Shown one piece after another: positions 36,970 through 48,893 of a stretch of DNA of 64,000 nucleotides. The notes beneath the pieces are model-generated. The model had not been told where the DNA came from, did not search any database, and was given only the letters and a program-made list of their open reading frames with translations. A program made the position numbers and the translations under genes. The stretch comes from Gekko japonicus. Taxonomy: Eukaryota. The stretch lies in the NCBI RefSeq assembly GCF_001447785.1, contig NW_015167559.1, positions 124,001 to 188,000 of the forward strand. The letters run 5' to 3'. How positions within the stretch are numbered: position 1 is the stretch's first letter; each line of letters opens with the position of its first letter.

Positions 36970-39949
36970 AAGTACAAACTACAAACACCTTAAGTAGTCC
37001 AATAAAAAGATTTCCTGTAAACTACTTGTATCACTTGGTTTCTTATAATATTTATGTAATTATTTACTTCATTTATACTCCACATTTCTCCTCAATGGGG
37101 ACCCAAAGTGGCTTATAATATTCTCCTTCCTCCATTTTGTCCTCACAGTAGCAACCCTTAGAGATCATTTTGGCCCTCTTTGCCTCCATTTTATCCTCAC
37201 AACAATGGCTGGTAGGTTAGGCACAGGGAGAATGGCCCAAGGTCACCCAAGCAAGTTTCCATGGCAGAGTGGGGATTTGAACTTGGGTTTCCCATATTCT
37301 AGTGCAATACTTTATTTACTTTATCACACTGGCTCAGATCATTACAATATTAATGCCTTGATGTATGAATACTTATCAGCATCAGTAAAAGACAAAACAA
37401 TTCAGGTATATTGTTGCCCTTTTCATTATAATGTTATATTAAAAACAAGAGGTACCCTATTCTGGCAATTTAAGGTATGTCTTAATAATTATAACCAAAC
37501 CCAACATGAACGCAAACATTTTCTGCTGCCAGAATAGGATGTATAATCAATTTAGCAGAGCAGCTAGTCTTCTATGATTCTAAGTAACACATATACAAGA
37601 AAACTGGTATTTTTAATAATTTCTCCTAGAACTAGTTCTCCTCTCCAGAATTCTTTCTAAAATTACTAATGGATCTCCTTTAAGGAATCTGGCTTTAGTT
37701 CCTTTATGAAATTTAAATGCTAATAAAGCAAGAAATAACAAACAACGGGATATACATTTACCAGCCAACATACGCATGCCTTGGGCGTACTCAGTTACTT
37801 AAGTTTATTCACAAAAACACACACTCTTCAAATTTTGGCCAAGGAATGCACGCCCTGTCATGTTTCACTGCACTTACAAAATGGTCTCTTTAAAAACACA
37901 TTGGTTTAATATAAAAAACAGAAAAGGAGGGAAGTAAGGGGGGAGACTTTGACACTGTGTTTCAAACAAGTTAGCTGGTAAGAATGACAGTAAGATATAG
38001 AGTTTGGAACAGATTATTTATGACTACAATATAATTCCTTATCAATAATCCAGAAGAACTGTATAGTAAAAGCATGTGCCAATGCATAGACACTGTACAT
38101 TTGCAATGTACATGGCACAGTTTTTAGATTATTTATCCTGTACCTACACCTTAAATTTATGTACAATATTTTGTACCACTTTTACCAGAATTCCAAGAGT
38201 GAATAAAAGCATTTTTAAATCTCCAATATATTAAAACATCGTACGACGACACACCATCAAGCTTACAAAATCATTTGTGAAAGACGGGACATAAAACAAG
38301 CAACAGTCTAAAGAACTGACAATATGGAATGTTCTCACACATAGGTGAACTAAAACAAATAGATTTTGCTAGTTATCAAAACATTAGCAAGAATTTGTGT
38401 TTTTGTTCTGCCGCACAGTCAAAGCACCAAACTAATGGTGGTTTTTTGGGGGAGGGGGGATTCCCAGGTTCTGGGGTCACTACTGAGAAAGCTCTAGAGA
38501 GGTGCTGTGGCTCAGTGATAGGTCTGTTTGGCATAGAAAACATCCCATGGTCAATCCCCAGCATCAGGCAATGTGACATGAAAAACCTCTACTCAAGACC
38601 CTGGAAAGCCACTGTCATTCTGAGTAGGCAGTAGTACCCTTGATAGACAAAGGGTCTGATTAAGTGTGAGGCAGCTTCATGTATTCACGTGCCTCTGCAA
38701 AAGATGGTAGCTGAAGCAGGGCTTGTCCAGCTGATTTCAAACTTCAGGAAAATAACAGAACCATCACTTCTTGTTAAAGATGCCATCAAACACCATGGAA
38801 TGCTCAATCCTGGCTGCAACACCTCTCCAGTTGCAGAATCTAAATATTTTCTCTAGATACATAACATTTCAGTCTTCTTAATGGACAAAGTGCTCAGCAC
38901 TGTTGCACACCCCAACTCCTTCCCACAGCCTTAAATATAAGTTTTAGGCCAATTCAGACAGGACATATCTAGTACTACCCCTTGCCTCAGGAAGTCAGGT
39001 CATCTACATGGTGTGAAGCTTAGCCAGTGTTAGACAAGAGTCATAGAAGGCAATGGCTGCACTTGTGAACCAATGGTGACTTCCTATGGCTCAAGAGAGC
39101 CTCAAAGTCTAAGGCTAAGGCTCAAGAGAGGCTCAAAGGTAGGTTTAATACAGAGTTTACATCTACTTTCCTTCTCTGGCTGTTTTCAGAATAGGATTGC
39201 TCATCTCATGAAAAAATGAAGTAATGACACTATCACAATTATCCATTGCACACACATACACCTTTCTTCCAAGGACCTCATTCTCTTCCCTTCCATTTTA
39301 TGATGTGTAAATGGGCCCCAACAAACCTATAATCCACCACTTCAGAAAATGTAGGAATAAAGCCAGAATTACTAATGCCTATATAATTTGATCTTTACCA
39401 GAAAATAAAAAGGAGAAAGTTCAACGGGAAGGAAACAGATAACAATCAGGGACCACAAAGAAGTGTAGGGCCTATTGTGATTGTTTGGTATGGCATGGAT
39501 TTGTCTTTTACATAAGGATCCAGTTCCCTTGGATTCTCTACTCCAGCAAAAAATTGTCACCATGTAGGGTTTAACTTGTTATGGCCCAGACTGACTGTCC
39601 AGAACACTTTGATTCTCAGTTGCCACAGTGTGTCAGCAGAAGAGTTGCAATACTACAGCCTACAAGGTAGAACTACGGAATGTTCTTTGTCTGTCCAAGG
39701 CAAGAATCTTTCCCTTCATCACTTTCCCTTGAGCATCCAGCTATATGGAAAATTTAACCAAACAGCTAGGATTAAATGTGTAAAGATTTATTCTAAGCAC
39801 AAATAGAGCTAAGGATAGAGGGTCTGATGTTGTTTGTCAAGCTGGACGTTCAGTAGAAAAAACATAAGTTCTAGGGAGTTAAAAAGTTTGCACAGTTGTG
39901 TGATGTACAACACTCTGAGATATTTTGGTCCTAATAAAAGTTATTATAC

Positions 39950-40397
39950 CCTCCTCCGGTGGGGTGTGCAGTGGAGGCATCGGCGGTGGCGGCAACGGAG
40001 CGGCAACGGCGAAGCGGAGGGGAGTGATGGAGTGGCTGAGGCGTGCCCTGTGAGCGCAGCATTGAGTGGCAGAATCCGGCAGAGGCGGAGTCACAGAGGC
40101 GTGTAGGCGCAGTGCGACGGAGCCAAAGGGACGATGGTCGGAGCCGCGGTGGTCGCGGGACCGTGAACCGGATGAGCCAGCTGGAGGAAGCCACTGAACC
40201 GGAAGAGATCTGCCCCAGGGCATTGGAGGTGGAACGCCGACATCCAAGGCCGCCGGAAGGAGCCAGACAACAAGCCCTGCTGCCGGGTGCTGGTAGGAAG
40301 TCACCCCCCTCTATAATTGTGGCCCTAGTTAGGAACCAAATTGTGTGTAAAACGCTCAGAGACCCTTTGGGGTTCGAGCAGTATATAAATTGAAGGA

Positions 40398-40428
<31 letters not shown>

Positions 40429-40433
40429 AATAA
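39950..40433 (+). mobile_element. CpG-rich retroposon fragment with L2-like tail and (ATAA)n
   Basis: tgtaaaacgctcagagacc...agtatataaat then ~9 ATAA units; 3' end resembles the insert at ~10465-10620. Confidence 0.6.
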
Positions 40434-41211
40434 ACTTTGTGGAATTTACCTGTAGGACAACATGCCTACTTGCAACCTATGTACAGCCCCCCAGTTGGGG
40501 TGGGGGAACCCCCACTTCGGGATACCCACCCCCGCTTTGTAAGAAACTGACAGTGGGGAACAAAATGGCGGCCACATTGTGCCGCTCTAGCAAGTCTCTA
40601 TGGAAGCCATCATGATGAAGGCTACAGCGCCACAGCCAGAGGCCTCCAAGAAGCCACAGCCATGTGTTTGCCAGCCAGTTCTCCCTAACCGTACAGGGTG
40701 GCCAGCAGGAGTGGGCACTGAGTTTGGTTTTAAACTGGTTTTATCTATGTTTACAACTGTCTAGTTATATTTTATCTTTTGTAAGCCGCCCTGAGGGGGG
40801 TGGAGGGGGGGGGCTTAGAGAACACATTTAACTTTAACTTCAAATGTGTTTTCCAAGCTACTGCCGCCGCTGCCACATGGGCTGGCTTCACTTGGAAAAA
40901 GGACAAATGCCTTCTGTAAGCCAAGACAGTTTGCACAGTGGCAGAAGCGGGGGGGGGGGCTTGGAGAATGTATTTAAAGTTAAATGTGTTCTCTAAGCCC
41001 CCCCCTGCCACTGCATAGACCAATGTAGTGAGCGCACCAGCACGGATGGGAGGTGGGGGAGCAAGCATTCTTCAAGTTGTCCCTGCTGCCGCACAGGCTG
41101 GCTTAGTTGGAGAAGGCCTTTGTCTCTTTAAATCCCTTCACCAAACCAAGCTGGCCCTTATGGTGGCAGGGGCGGGGGTGGTCTTGGATAATACATTTAA
41201 CTTTTACTTTA

Positions 41212-43587
41212 TATATATAATTTTTATTATTTCAAATAAACAAACAAACACACACACAAAAGAGTAGTAATATCATCATATCTCTTATATAACCTCATAC
41301 ATGTATAAATGCCCATTTCCCCACCATACGATCACCTAATATTTTGCAAGTCTATATTTTGTAGTTCATATTTTAACTCTTATTCTATAAATCTAACTTT
41401 GAATATACCTTAAAGTTACATAATCACAAAGATCTATAATATTTGCATCTCTATTGATTAACAAGACATGTTTTCTTCTGCTTAAACATTGTCCAAACAT
41501 TCTACAACAGTCTTCTGTATTTAACTATTAACTATTAACTAAATTTTATACCATTCTCCATACTCAGATCCTACTCAGATACTGTTCTCATTCTATTTAA
41601 TGCTAATTTTTGACATCAATAAAAGAAAATTTTCTAGCCTGCCTCTTATATCAAGCTGCATTCTTAATATCAACTTTGCTTATACATTTTGACCTACTTT
41701 TCCATTTATTACATGTATTCCCTATACATTCTTTCCCAATTACACAAATTAATGGGATCCTTAAACCCATCTTATTTATATAACACCTTTTTTATCCAAT
41801 TAAATCCTTAATATCTTTATAAGTTTACATCTGTGCAATCTTCTATTATAGGCCTTATCTAAATAGAAGTTAAAACTTTTCAATATATTTCTGTATCCAA
41901 TCCTAATCAAATACATTCATTAATATTCTATAAAATAATCCCCCTTTTCCCAATTTAGTCTCTTATAATTAATAATAACATTTATTATAAGAATTCCCAA
42001 TTCACTTAAAGTTTATATTCCCTTGTGGGCTATAGTTTTGTAGCTATATATGAAAAAAAGATTCAATTATAGTCAATATTGATCAATTACATGTACATAA
42101 AGATTCCCTAGCCCGTCTTAGTCAGTTCCATTTAAGCAAAGGTTCCCTAAACCAATTTATAAAGCTTAATTCTTTTCTTCTTTTTTAAATTTCTTGTTTT
42201 TAATAAAGTCTTAATTCTATGTCTCTTTCTCTTTTAAGTCCCTTTTAAGTAGAGAGGATTAGAGCTTGCCACCCGTATTCAATTTTTAGGGTAGTTAAGG
42301 ATTTCATAAATTCTGTTGCCTCTTCTCTCTGAAATATTTTTCCCTTTATCACTTTGAGGGTTGCAGTGTTTGACAAACTTTTGGTAGTTCTGTTATTCTC
42401 ACTGTCGATTGAATCAGCTTGAGTGTAGTGCTGTTCTACATCTTGTTCACTTTGTTGTAGGGGTTCCTCTCTGTGGGTTAAATCAGCTTGATTGTAGTGC
42501 TGTCCTGCATCTTGCCCATTTTGATATTTAAGTTCCTTTTCTCTATAGGTTAGGTCAGCTTGATTGTAGTGTTGTTGTGTTTCTTGCACTGTTTGGTGCT
42601 GGAATTTCTTTATGTTGCTTGTAGTTTGATTTGGTATAGCGCCTTTTTTGTCCAATATTGGCTCGACAGCCTCTTTGACACCCAGATTGACTGCATCAAC
42701 GATTAAAATCTGGAACTCCTCCCATTACAACTGCAGCAGGCTGGTTTCTGTGGGGTTGTCTAAGCATGTATCATCTAGCATTTTTTTCTGTGTGTCCTGG
42801 TCACCCATTTTAACACAATATCAAAGGCCCCAGTTCAGCCCAGCAATGTTCACAGTCTCTGCAAATTATTTGTCCATAGAGTCCTCTAAGCTGACCGCAT
42901 TTACCAGATAGTGGCTCTCATGGAGTAATTAACATCCAAGAATCTTTCAGCACCATTTACGTTCTTTGCAACTCTAGACATAATAAGCTCCTCCGTTCTC
43001 AGCAATGAAGCGAGATGTCATAAAAAGTTGCCACAAGAGAAACCAATTCAACTCTAGAAATATTTCTTTCTTTCTTTCTTTTTCTAAAGAAAACTTTATA
43101 ATCTTTTTGTAGAAGCTCAAACAAAAGACCCTCTTTGCCCCAAGCGGTATTCAGATCAGCTTTCTTTTCATCAATCGTCCCGGCTGCTCCGCAAAGCCTT
43201 CCTTTCCTTGTCCTTTTAAAACTTTAACAGGGCTTAACCAAAAGGTTGTCAGTTTCTTTGACGTTGCTTTTACAGGTACTTACGGTGCGTTTCTTCATCG
43301 ATATTATGGATGAGGCTAAATATAACTCTCTTGATTCTGGGGCGTTCACAGCTGGTGCAGTCATGGCTGCCATCACTGCTCTGCTTCGTTGCTTGCTTCT
43401 GGGACGATCCAGGGCATCCACCCGCTTGTTGCCTCAAGCGGGGGGTCCGAATCAAGTCCCTTGTGCCAGACCTCCCTCCAGGAGGTCCAGTGGAATTCGG
43501 ATTCCCCCTAAAACTCCTCTAAAACAAACGAAGAGCTGGTGGTATCCGGGAATGATTCCCGGTATCAACCGTGTTGCTGTACCACAC
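41212..43587 (-). mobile_element. Non-autonomous retroposon (element A), ~2.4 kb
   Basis: 20-bp TSD tacatttaacttttacttta (41192-41211, 43588-43607); AATAAA and (TA)n at the 3' end; 5' region and ORF homologous to element B. Confidence 0.88.
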
Positions 43588-43679
43588 TACATTTAACTTT
43601 TACTTTAAATGTGTTCTCCAAGACCCTGCTGCTGCTGCGGTGCAGAACAGCTTGGTGAAGGGATTTGGAGACAAATTTC

Positions 43680-44060
43680 TGTCTCTTTCTCTTTCTTCCT
43701 TTCTTCCCTCGCTCCTTCCTCTCCTCTTGCCCCATCTATTTGCTTTCTTTCCACCTCTCCCCTCTTCCTTCCTTCCTCTCCCCCATCTATTTGCTTTCTT
43801 TCCGCCTATCCCCTTCTTCCTTCCTCTCTCCCTTTCTTTGCACTCCTCTCTTCCATCTATTTGCTTTCTTTCCACCTCTCCTCTTCCCCATCTATTTGCT
43901 TTCTTTCCACCTTTCCTCTTCTTCCTCCCTTCTTCCCCCGTTTATTTGCTTTCTTTCTACCTCTCTCTGTGTGTCTGTCTTTTTCTCCTTCTCTTTTTGT
44001 TTTTCTGTCTTTCTCTCTCTTGTTATGACTTTCTCTGTCTTTCTCTCTGTCTTGTCATTA
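43680..44060. repeat. CT-rich low-complexity tract with repeated ~27-bp unit
   Basis: ccatctatttgctttctttccacct occurs about 5 times. Confidence 0.9.
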
Positions 44061-46446
44061 AGGAGAGTGATCAGATCATATAGCACATAGGAAAAAAACA
44101 CCTGATAGTGTTTTGCCAGGCCTTACAGGCAAAGGTGTGATAAGGGCCAGTGACTGGGAAAGGAGGTTGGATTGTGTCTACACAGTTGTAGTTGTGCTAT
44201 AATCTGCCCATTTTGAGTTGCATTCTGTGTGTAATGCTGCCCAGGAGCAGGTAAGCAGGGTGTGCATGCTTTTTTCTCCAAGCTGGAGCATTTGGGTACC
44301 CAGAAGTGGCGTGTTTTTTTCTGGGGAGGGGCAAGGTTTTTCCCCTGGATGTTGGGATGACAGCTATAATGCCAACATTGGGCAAGATACCACAGGACTG
44401 TTCTGCTAAAGTTTGTTGCTTTCATCCTGGGAGAGTAGCTTTCACCTGACACTAGACACGATTGCAGAACAGACGCCCTTGGTGTTGTGCGGAGGGGAAA
44501 GAGACCCACATCATCTCCAAGGACAGTGGCAGGAACACTCTGAACGCTGCCAGAGGGATTTCCAGCTATCAGGATCAAGGGCTAAACACAATTTCTTCCT
44601 TTCCCATGACATACACAGTGCAAATCTAAAGAGAGTTACACCCTTCTAAGTCCATTGCATGTGCTGTTTGCTTGTTCCTTTATTGTAATTGTTAAATTAA
44701 AGCATTTTATGTTTCTTAAAGCTTTTTGTTGTTTTTGTACTGGAAGGAGGCCTAAAAGCCTACAAGTAATGTAAAATGGGGTAAAGGTGGGGCTAGGAAG
44801 TGATATTTAAATTTGAAAGAAGGAAGTGACTTCAGAGGAAGAGGCTGGTTTGGGGGAGTGACCAGAAAGTGACATCACAGGAAAAGGTGGGCGTTTGGAG
44901 CAGTGTGCTGAAAGTGACATTACTGGAAGAGGGTGGAGCTTGGGAAGTGACATCACTGAACCTTTGACCTGGAAGTGACATCACAGGACATGACATCACA
45001 AAAGTCTCCTGGCTCCACCCCAAAGTCATCAGATATTTCCCAACTCAGGCCTGGCAACCCTATATCTAAGTGGGGACCTATGTACTACAGCTGAGTTAAT
45101 ATCTTATTTATTTTTATTTATAGGCCATTTTTCTTGATGAGACTCAAGACAATGCAATAGGACTGGGATCACAAAAAATAAAAATAATGCAAAAAATGTA
45201 TCAGACATGATTTGCCATAAACAAAGCAAAAACAGAATTACAAAGGCAGGAAAATAAGATCAAAATAATACATATAATAAACAGCAGAATGCATGGCAAT
45301 CCTGTTGACTTTTTAAAAGACTTGGTTTTTAATAAGGGAAGACGGCTACAGCAAAAGGGACAAACATGGCTACAGTAAAAGGAACAAATTAGGATGGAGT
45401 GGTGAGGTGACAGTATAACACTATACATTATGCAATTTTAGCTATAAATATTCCAAAGGACCTAAAGTGTACAAAAAAGAGGAACTAGAATGATCAAAAG
45501 TGTAGGGATCCTGTCATCTGAGAAGACACTAAAAGAGCTCAATTGGTCACAATTTTAACAAATGAGTATAAGAGACAGCAGAGTAAATTATATTTATGTA
45601 TTACGTAAATTGCTAATGCAGAATTGGATGAGAGCTTTGACAATAGCTTGGTTCTATAACTTCAGATTTTTCCATCAGGTAGGAAATTTACCCACCACCA
45701 TGTAATAATGATTTACGAATTTGGTGATATGAAAATCATTGCTGTTTGACAAAAAGGACATGATAACAAGAAAATGGCATTTTTCATTAATACTACAAGC
45801 CATTTTAAGGCCACAGGCTAGGATCTAAAGAACTCTAACAAGCACCAAGGGAAATTAGCAAAAATGTTACTAGCTGAATCCAATTTGTAAAGCTCAAGAA
45901 CCAGATAATCTTGAGGAAATGAGATAAATAATCTTCAACTGAAACAAGACAAATTGCAACAATTACAGATGAGTATTCCAAAACACTGGAGGTTAACATA
46001 TTATTCATTAATCAAATCTAATCCTGAATTACATTTCTTAATCATTTGCAGAGCTTCCGTTTCAATTTTCTGTTTGCAGAAGACGTTCAATGCATTATTC
46101 CAAAAAGCTCCCAATCTAATTCCAAGTACAGTACATAATGAAATCATTTAGCAAATTTTATGTATTTATTTGTTCAGATTATTTGTGATCACCTCCCCAG
46201 AAATCTGCTCAAGGAAGTTAACTTTTAGTTTCATTAATTAGATTCAGTTTCCATTTCCTTTCATTTGTAAGTGTATACATGCTCAACAGAAACACTGTTA
46301 ACAAAATCAAACTGCTTTTAGAGAGAGTTTTCAGTGGTCATATTTTTAAGTATGGGGTATTGATCTGCACTTTCAGAAAAATCTGCCTCACTTCCAAGTT
46401 GGCATCAAAGCTATATTTAAAAATTAAGCAATCCCTAAATTTCAAA

Positions 46447-46660
46447 TAGGGTTGCCAGCTCTAGGTTGGAAAATACCTGGAGACTTCAGGAGCGGATCCG
46501 GGAGAGGGCAGGGTTTGGGGAGGGGCCTCAGCAGGATACAATGCCACAGAGTCGACCATTCAAAGCAGCCATTTTCTCCAGGGGAGCTGATCTCTGTCAG
46601 CTGGAGATCAGTTGTAAAAGCGGGAGATCTCCAGGCCCCACCTGGAGGCCTGCAAGCCTG
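46447..46660. mobile_element. hAT MITE (short type, 214 bp)
   Basis: tagggttgcca start; perfect TSD atttcaaa. Confidence 0.88.
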
Positions 46661-46839
46661 ATTTCAAAAAGGCCCAACTATGGCAGTCAGGTGTTTCTCA
46701 TTAGTAAAAATGGGCATGTGCTGTGATGAGATCTTAATCTTTCCTCCACTCTCCTGGATGAGGGGAATCTCTAGTTTGCAGTGAAGCACAAACCTGTTGT
46801 GAAATGTCATGGGTGACAACTTGCATCAAGATAGTTTTA

Positions 46840-47255
46840 GGTGGCCATGTTAGTCTGTAACAGTGAAACAAAATTTGACTCCAATAGCACTTAAAGACCA
46901 CAACACAAGTTTCCAGGGTATAAGCTTTCGACAAAGTGAGTTTTGATTCTCAAAAACCTATAGCAGCATGAGCCAGAGTGGTATAGTGATTAAGAGTGGC
47001 AGACCCTAACCTGGAGAACAAAGTTTGATTCCCCACTCCTCCACATGAAGCCTGCTGGGTAACCTTGGGCTAGTCACAGTTCTCTCAGAACTCTCTCAGC
47101 CCCTCCTACCACACAAGGTGCCTGTTGTGGGGAAAGGAAGGCAATTGTAAGACGTCTGAGACTCTTTAGGGTAGAGAAAAGCAGGCTATAAAAACCAACT
47201 CTTCTATATCCTGGAAATGTTGTGGGTTTTTAAGGCGCTACTTGAGTCAAACTCA
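46840..47255. mobile_element. Inverted Penelope pLTR fragments split by a Squam3-like SINE (46970-47204)
   Basis: Left tagcacttaaagacc...tttccagggtataagctttcga is the inverted counterpart of right ctatatcctggaaa...ttaaggcgcta. Confidence 0.7.
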
Positions 47256-48771
47256 CATCAAGTATTTGTTGGTATGAGATCATTCATCTGCAAACTCAAA
47301 GAAATATAATATGCAAAGTTTCCAATGATATTAAATGTCAGAAATCACTGCTGCCAACCTTCAGTATCTACTATAAGATGTATACAACTGCCTGAAACAT
47401 AGATCTAATTTAATATTAAAGTCAATTTCTCTTCAAGAATTGAAAGAACAAAGTACCAAACTATTTTTATTATTTAATATGTTATATTCCCACTCATCTG
47501 TACAGTAGCAGGCTTGACTGAGAGGGTGGAAACATTCTGCATTTCAAACATACACAGCTGTGCCCAATATTATTTTGATTCAACCAGACCGCTTGACATT
47601 TTTTCAAACCAAGGGTTCACATTCCTCAAAAGAAATTTTACACCAACAATATACTACAGAGGACTCACTCATTTGATTCAGCAGTTCAAAGGAATATGAC
47701 TTTCAAGTTACACTTTCCATGCTGTAATGTGGATTCTGAAATATTTCTACAACCTCAAGTATGTGTGAGAAGAAACAGATCCATGTACAAGGACAGGAAT
47801 TTGTTATTTATTTATTAACATGCAGAATGTAACATGACAGGTAGTGAATAAGACACAGGCCAGGGATGAAGCAATACAAGTTCTGTAGGATGCATCCTGC
47901 CAGCCAAGATTATTCCCCATTAGCAGCACCACCACCACCCTGTGCTGCTATCCTGTGGTGAGTTCCACCCATGGAATAATCATTTCAAGGGACAAGGTGA
48001 GAAAAGCCTTTCTGATGTAATTACAAGCTGTAGGTCTTGCAAGCCTGAAAAACAATTCCTATTTTTAAAACAAATATTAGGCAAGTGAATTATGTCCATT
48101 TAATTAACATAAATCTATATTTTCAGCATGAACAGAATTGTAAAATAAAAGCTGATGGTTGGCCAAAAAAAGAGGACGACAAAAAGAAACAGAAAAAAAT
48201 GTAATAGGAAGCTGAACTGAAAAGCCAGTCACGGTTAGGAAACCAAACCCAGACAGTGAAAATGTAAGCAGATTGCCTGTTAATGCCACCACCACAGGTC
48301 TGTAGCTTGGTCTAAAGATTAAATAATTAAAGTCTATTAAGTAAGGCTAATTCATGTGAGAGCTTTTAGAACTGTATGGTGTAGGAGTTGCTGGCTGGTA
48401 AAGGAGTAAAAGGAATAATCTTCTTAAGAATTTCACATCCATCTGTGGGTACCATCTGTCAGAGGAAGCCTGAAAGAAGCTACAGGGGAATCCAAACAAT
48501 GTTCAGCTGTTATAATGTAAATTGCTACCTCATACTGTCAGCTCAGCACTGTACATAGGAAGACTTTCACCTCTTTTTCTTCTTACTAAATATAGGCTAG
48601 ATGCCTTTTGCCCTATTCTGCTTTACCACAGTTGGAAGCTTTCCCCCTCCCCATCAGTTGAGAATAGAAGAACATTAGGAATGGGAGAGACTGGATAAGT
48701 TTAACTGCTTCCTACCATCTTACTTCAAGTTATATGGACATAACACAGTACATTCACAATTCTGGATAAAT

Positions 48772-48893
48772 CCAGGTGGGTAGCCGTGTTGGTCTAGCAA
48801 TAGAAGAAAGTTTGAGTCCGGTGGCACCTTTAAGATCAACAAAGTTTTATACAAAGTGTAAGCTTCATGTGCAAAGCACATTTCTTCAGACAA
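48772..48893 (-). mobile_element. Penelope-like pLTR fragment with a broken hammerhead motif
   Basis: ggtagccgtgttggtct...gcacctttaagatcaac; reverse complement CTGAAGA-a-ATGTGC-ttt-GCACAT-GAAGCTTA. Confidence 0.7.

Noticed and set aside
43730-43960. Repeat-spacer-like pattern resembling CRISPR
   Set aside because: Eukaryotic intron; the spacers are low-complexity CT tracts, not unique sequences.
43571-44101. ORFs of 139-170 aa rich in F/L/S/P
   Set aside because: Translation of a stop-poor CT-rich repeat.
40475-45085. 10-bp direct repeat acctatgtac flanking 4.6 kb
   Set aside because: No matching TIRs or tail at those edges; could be chance.
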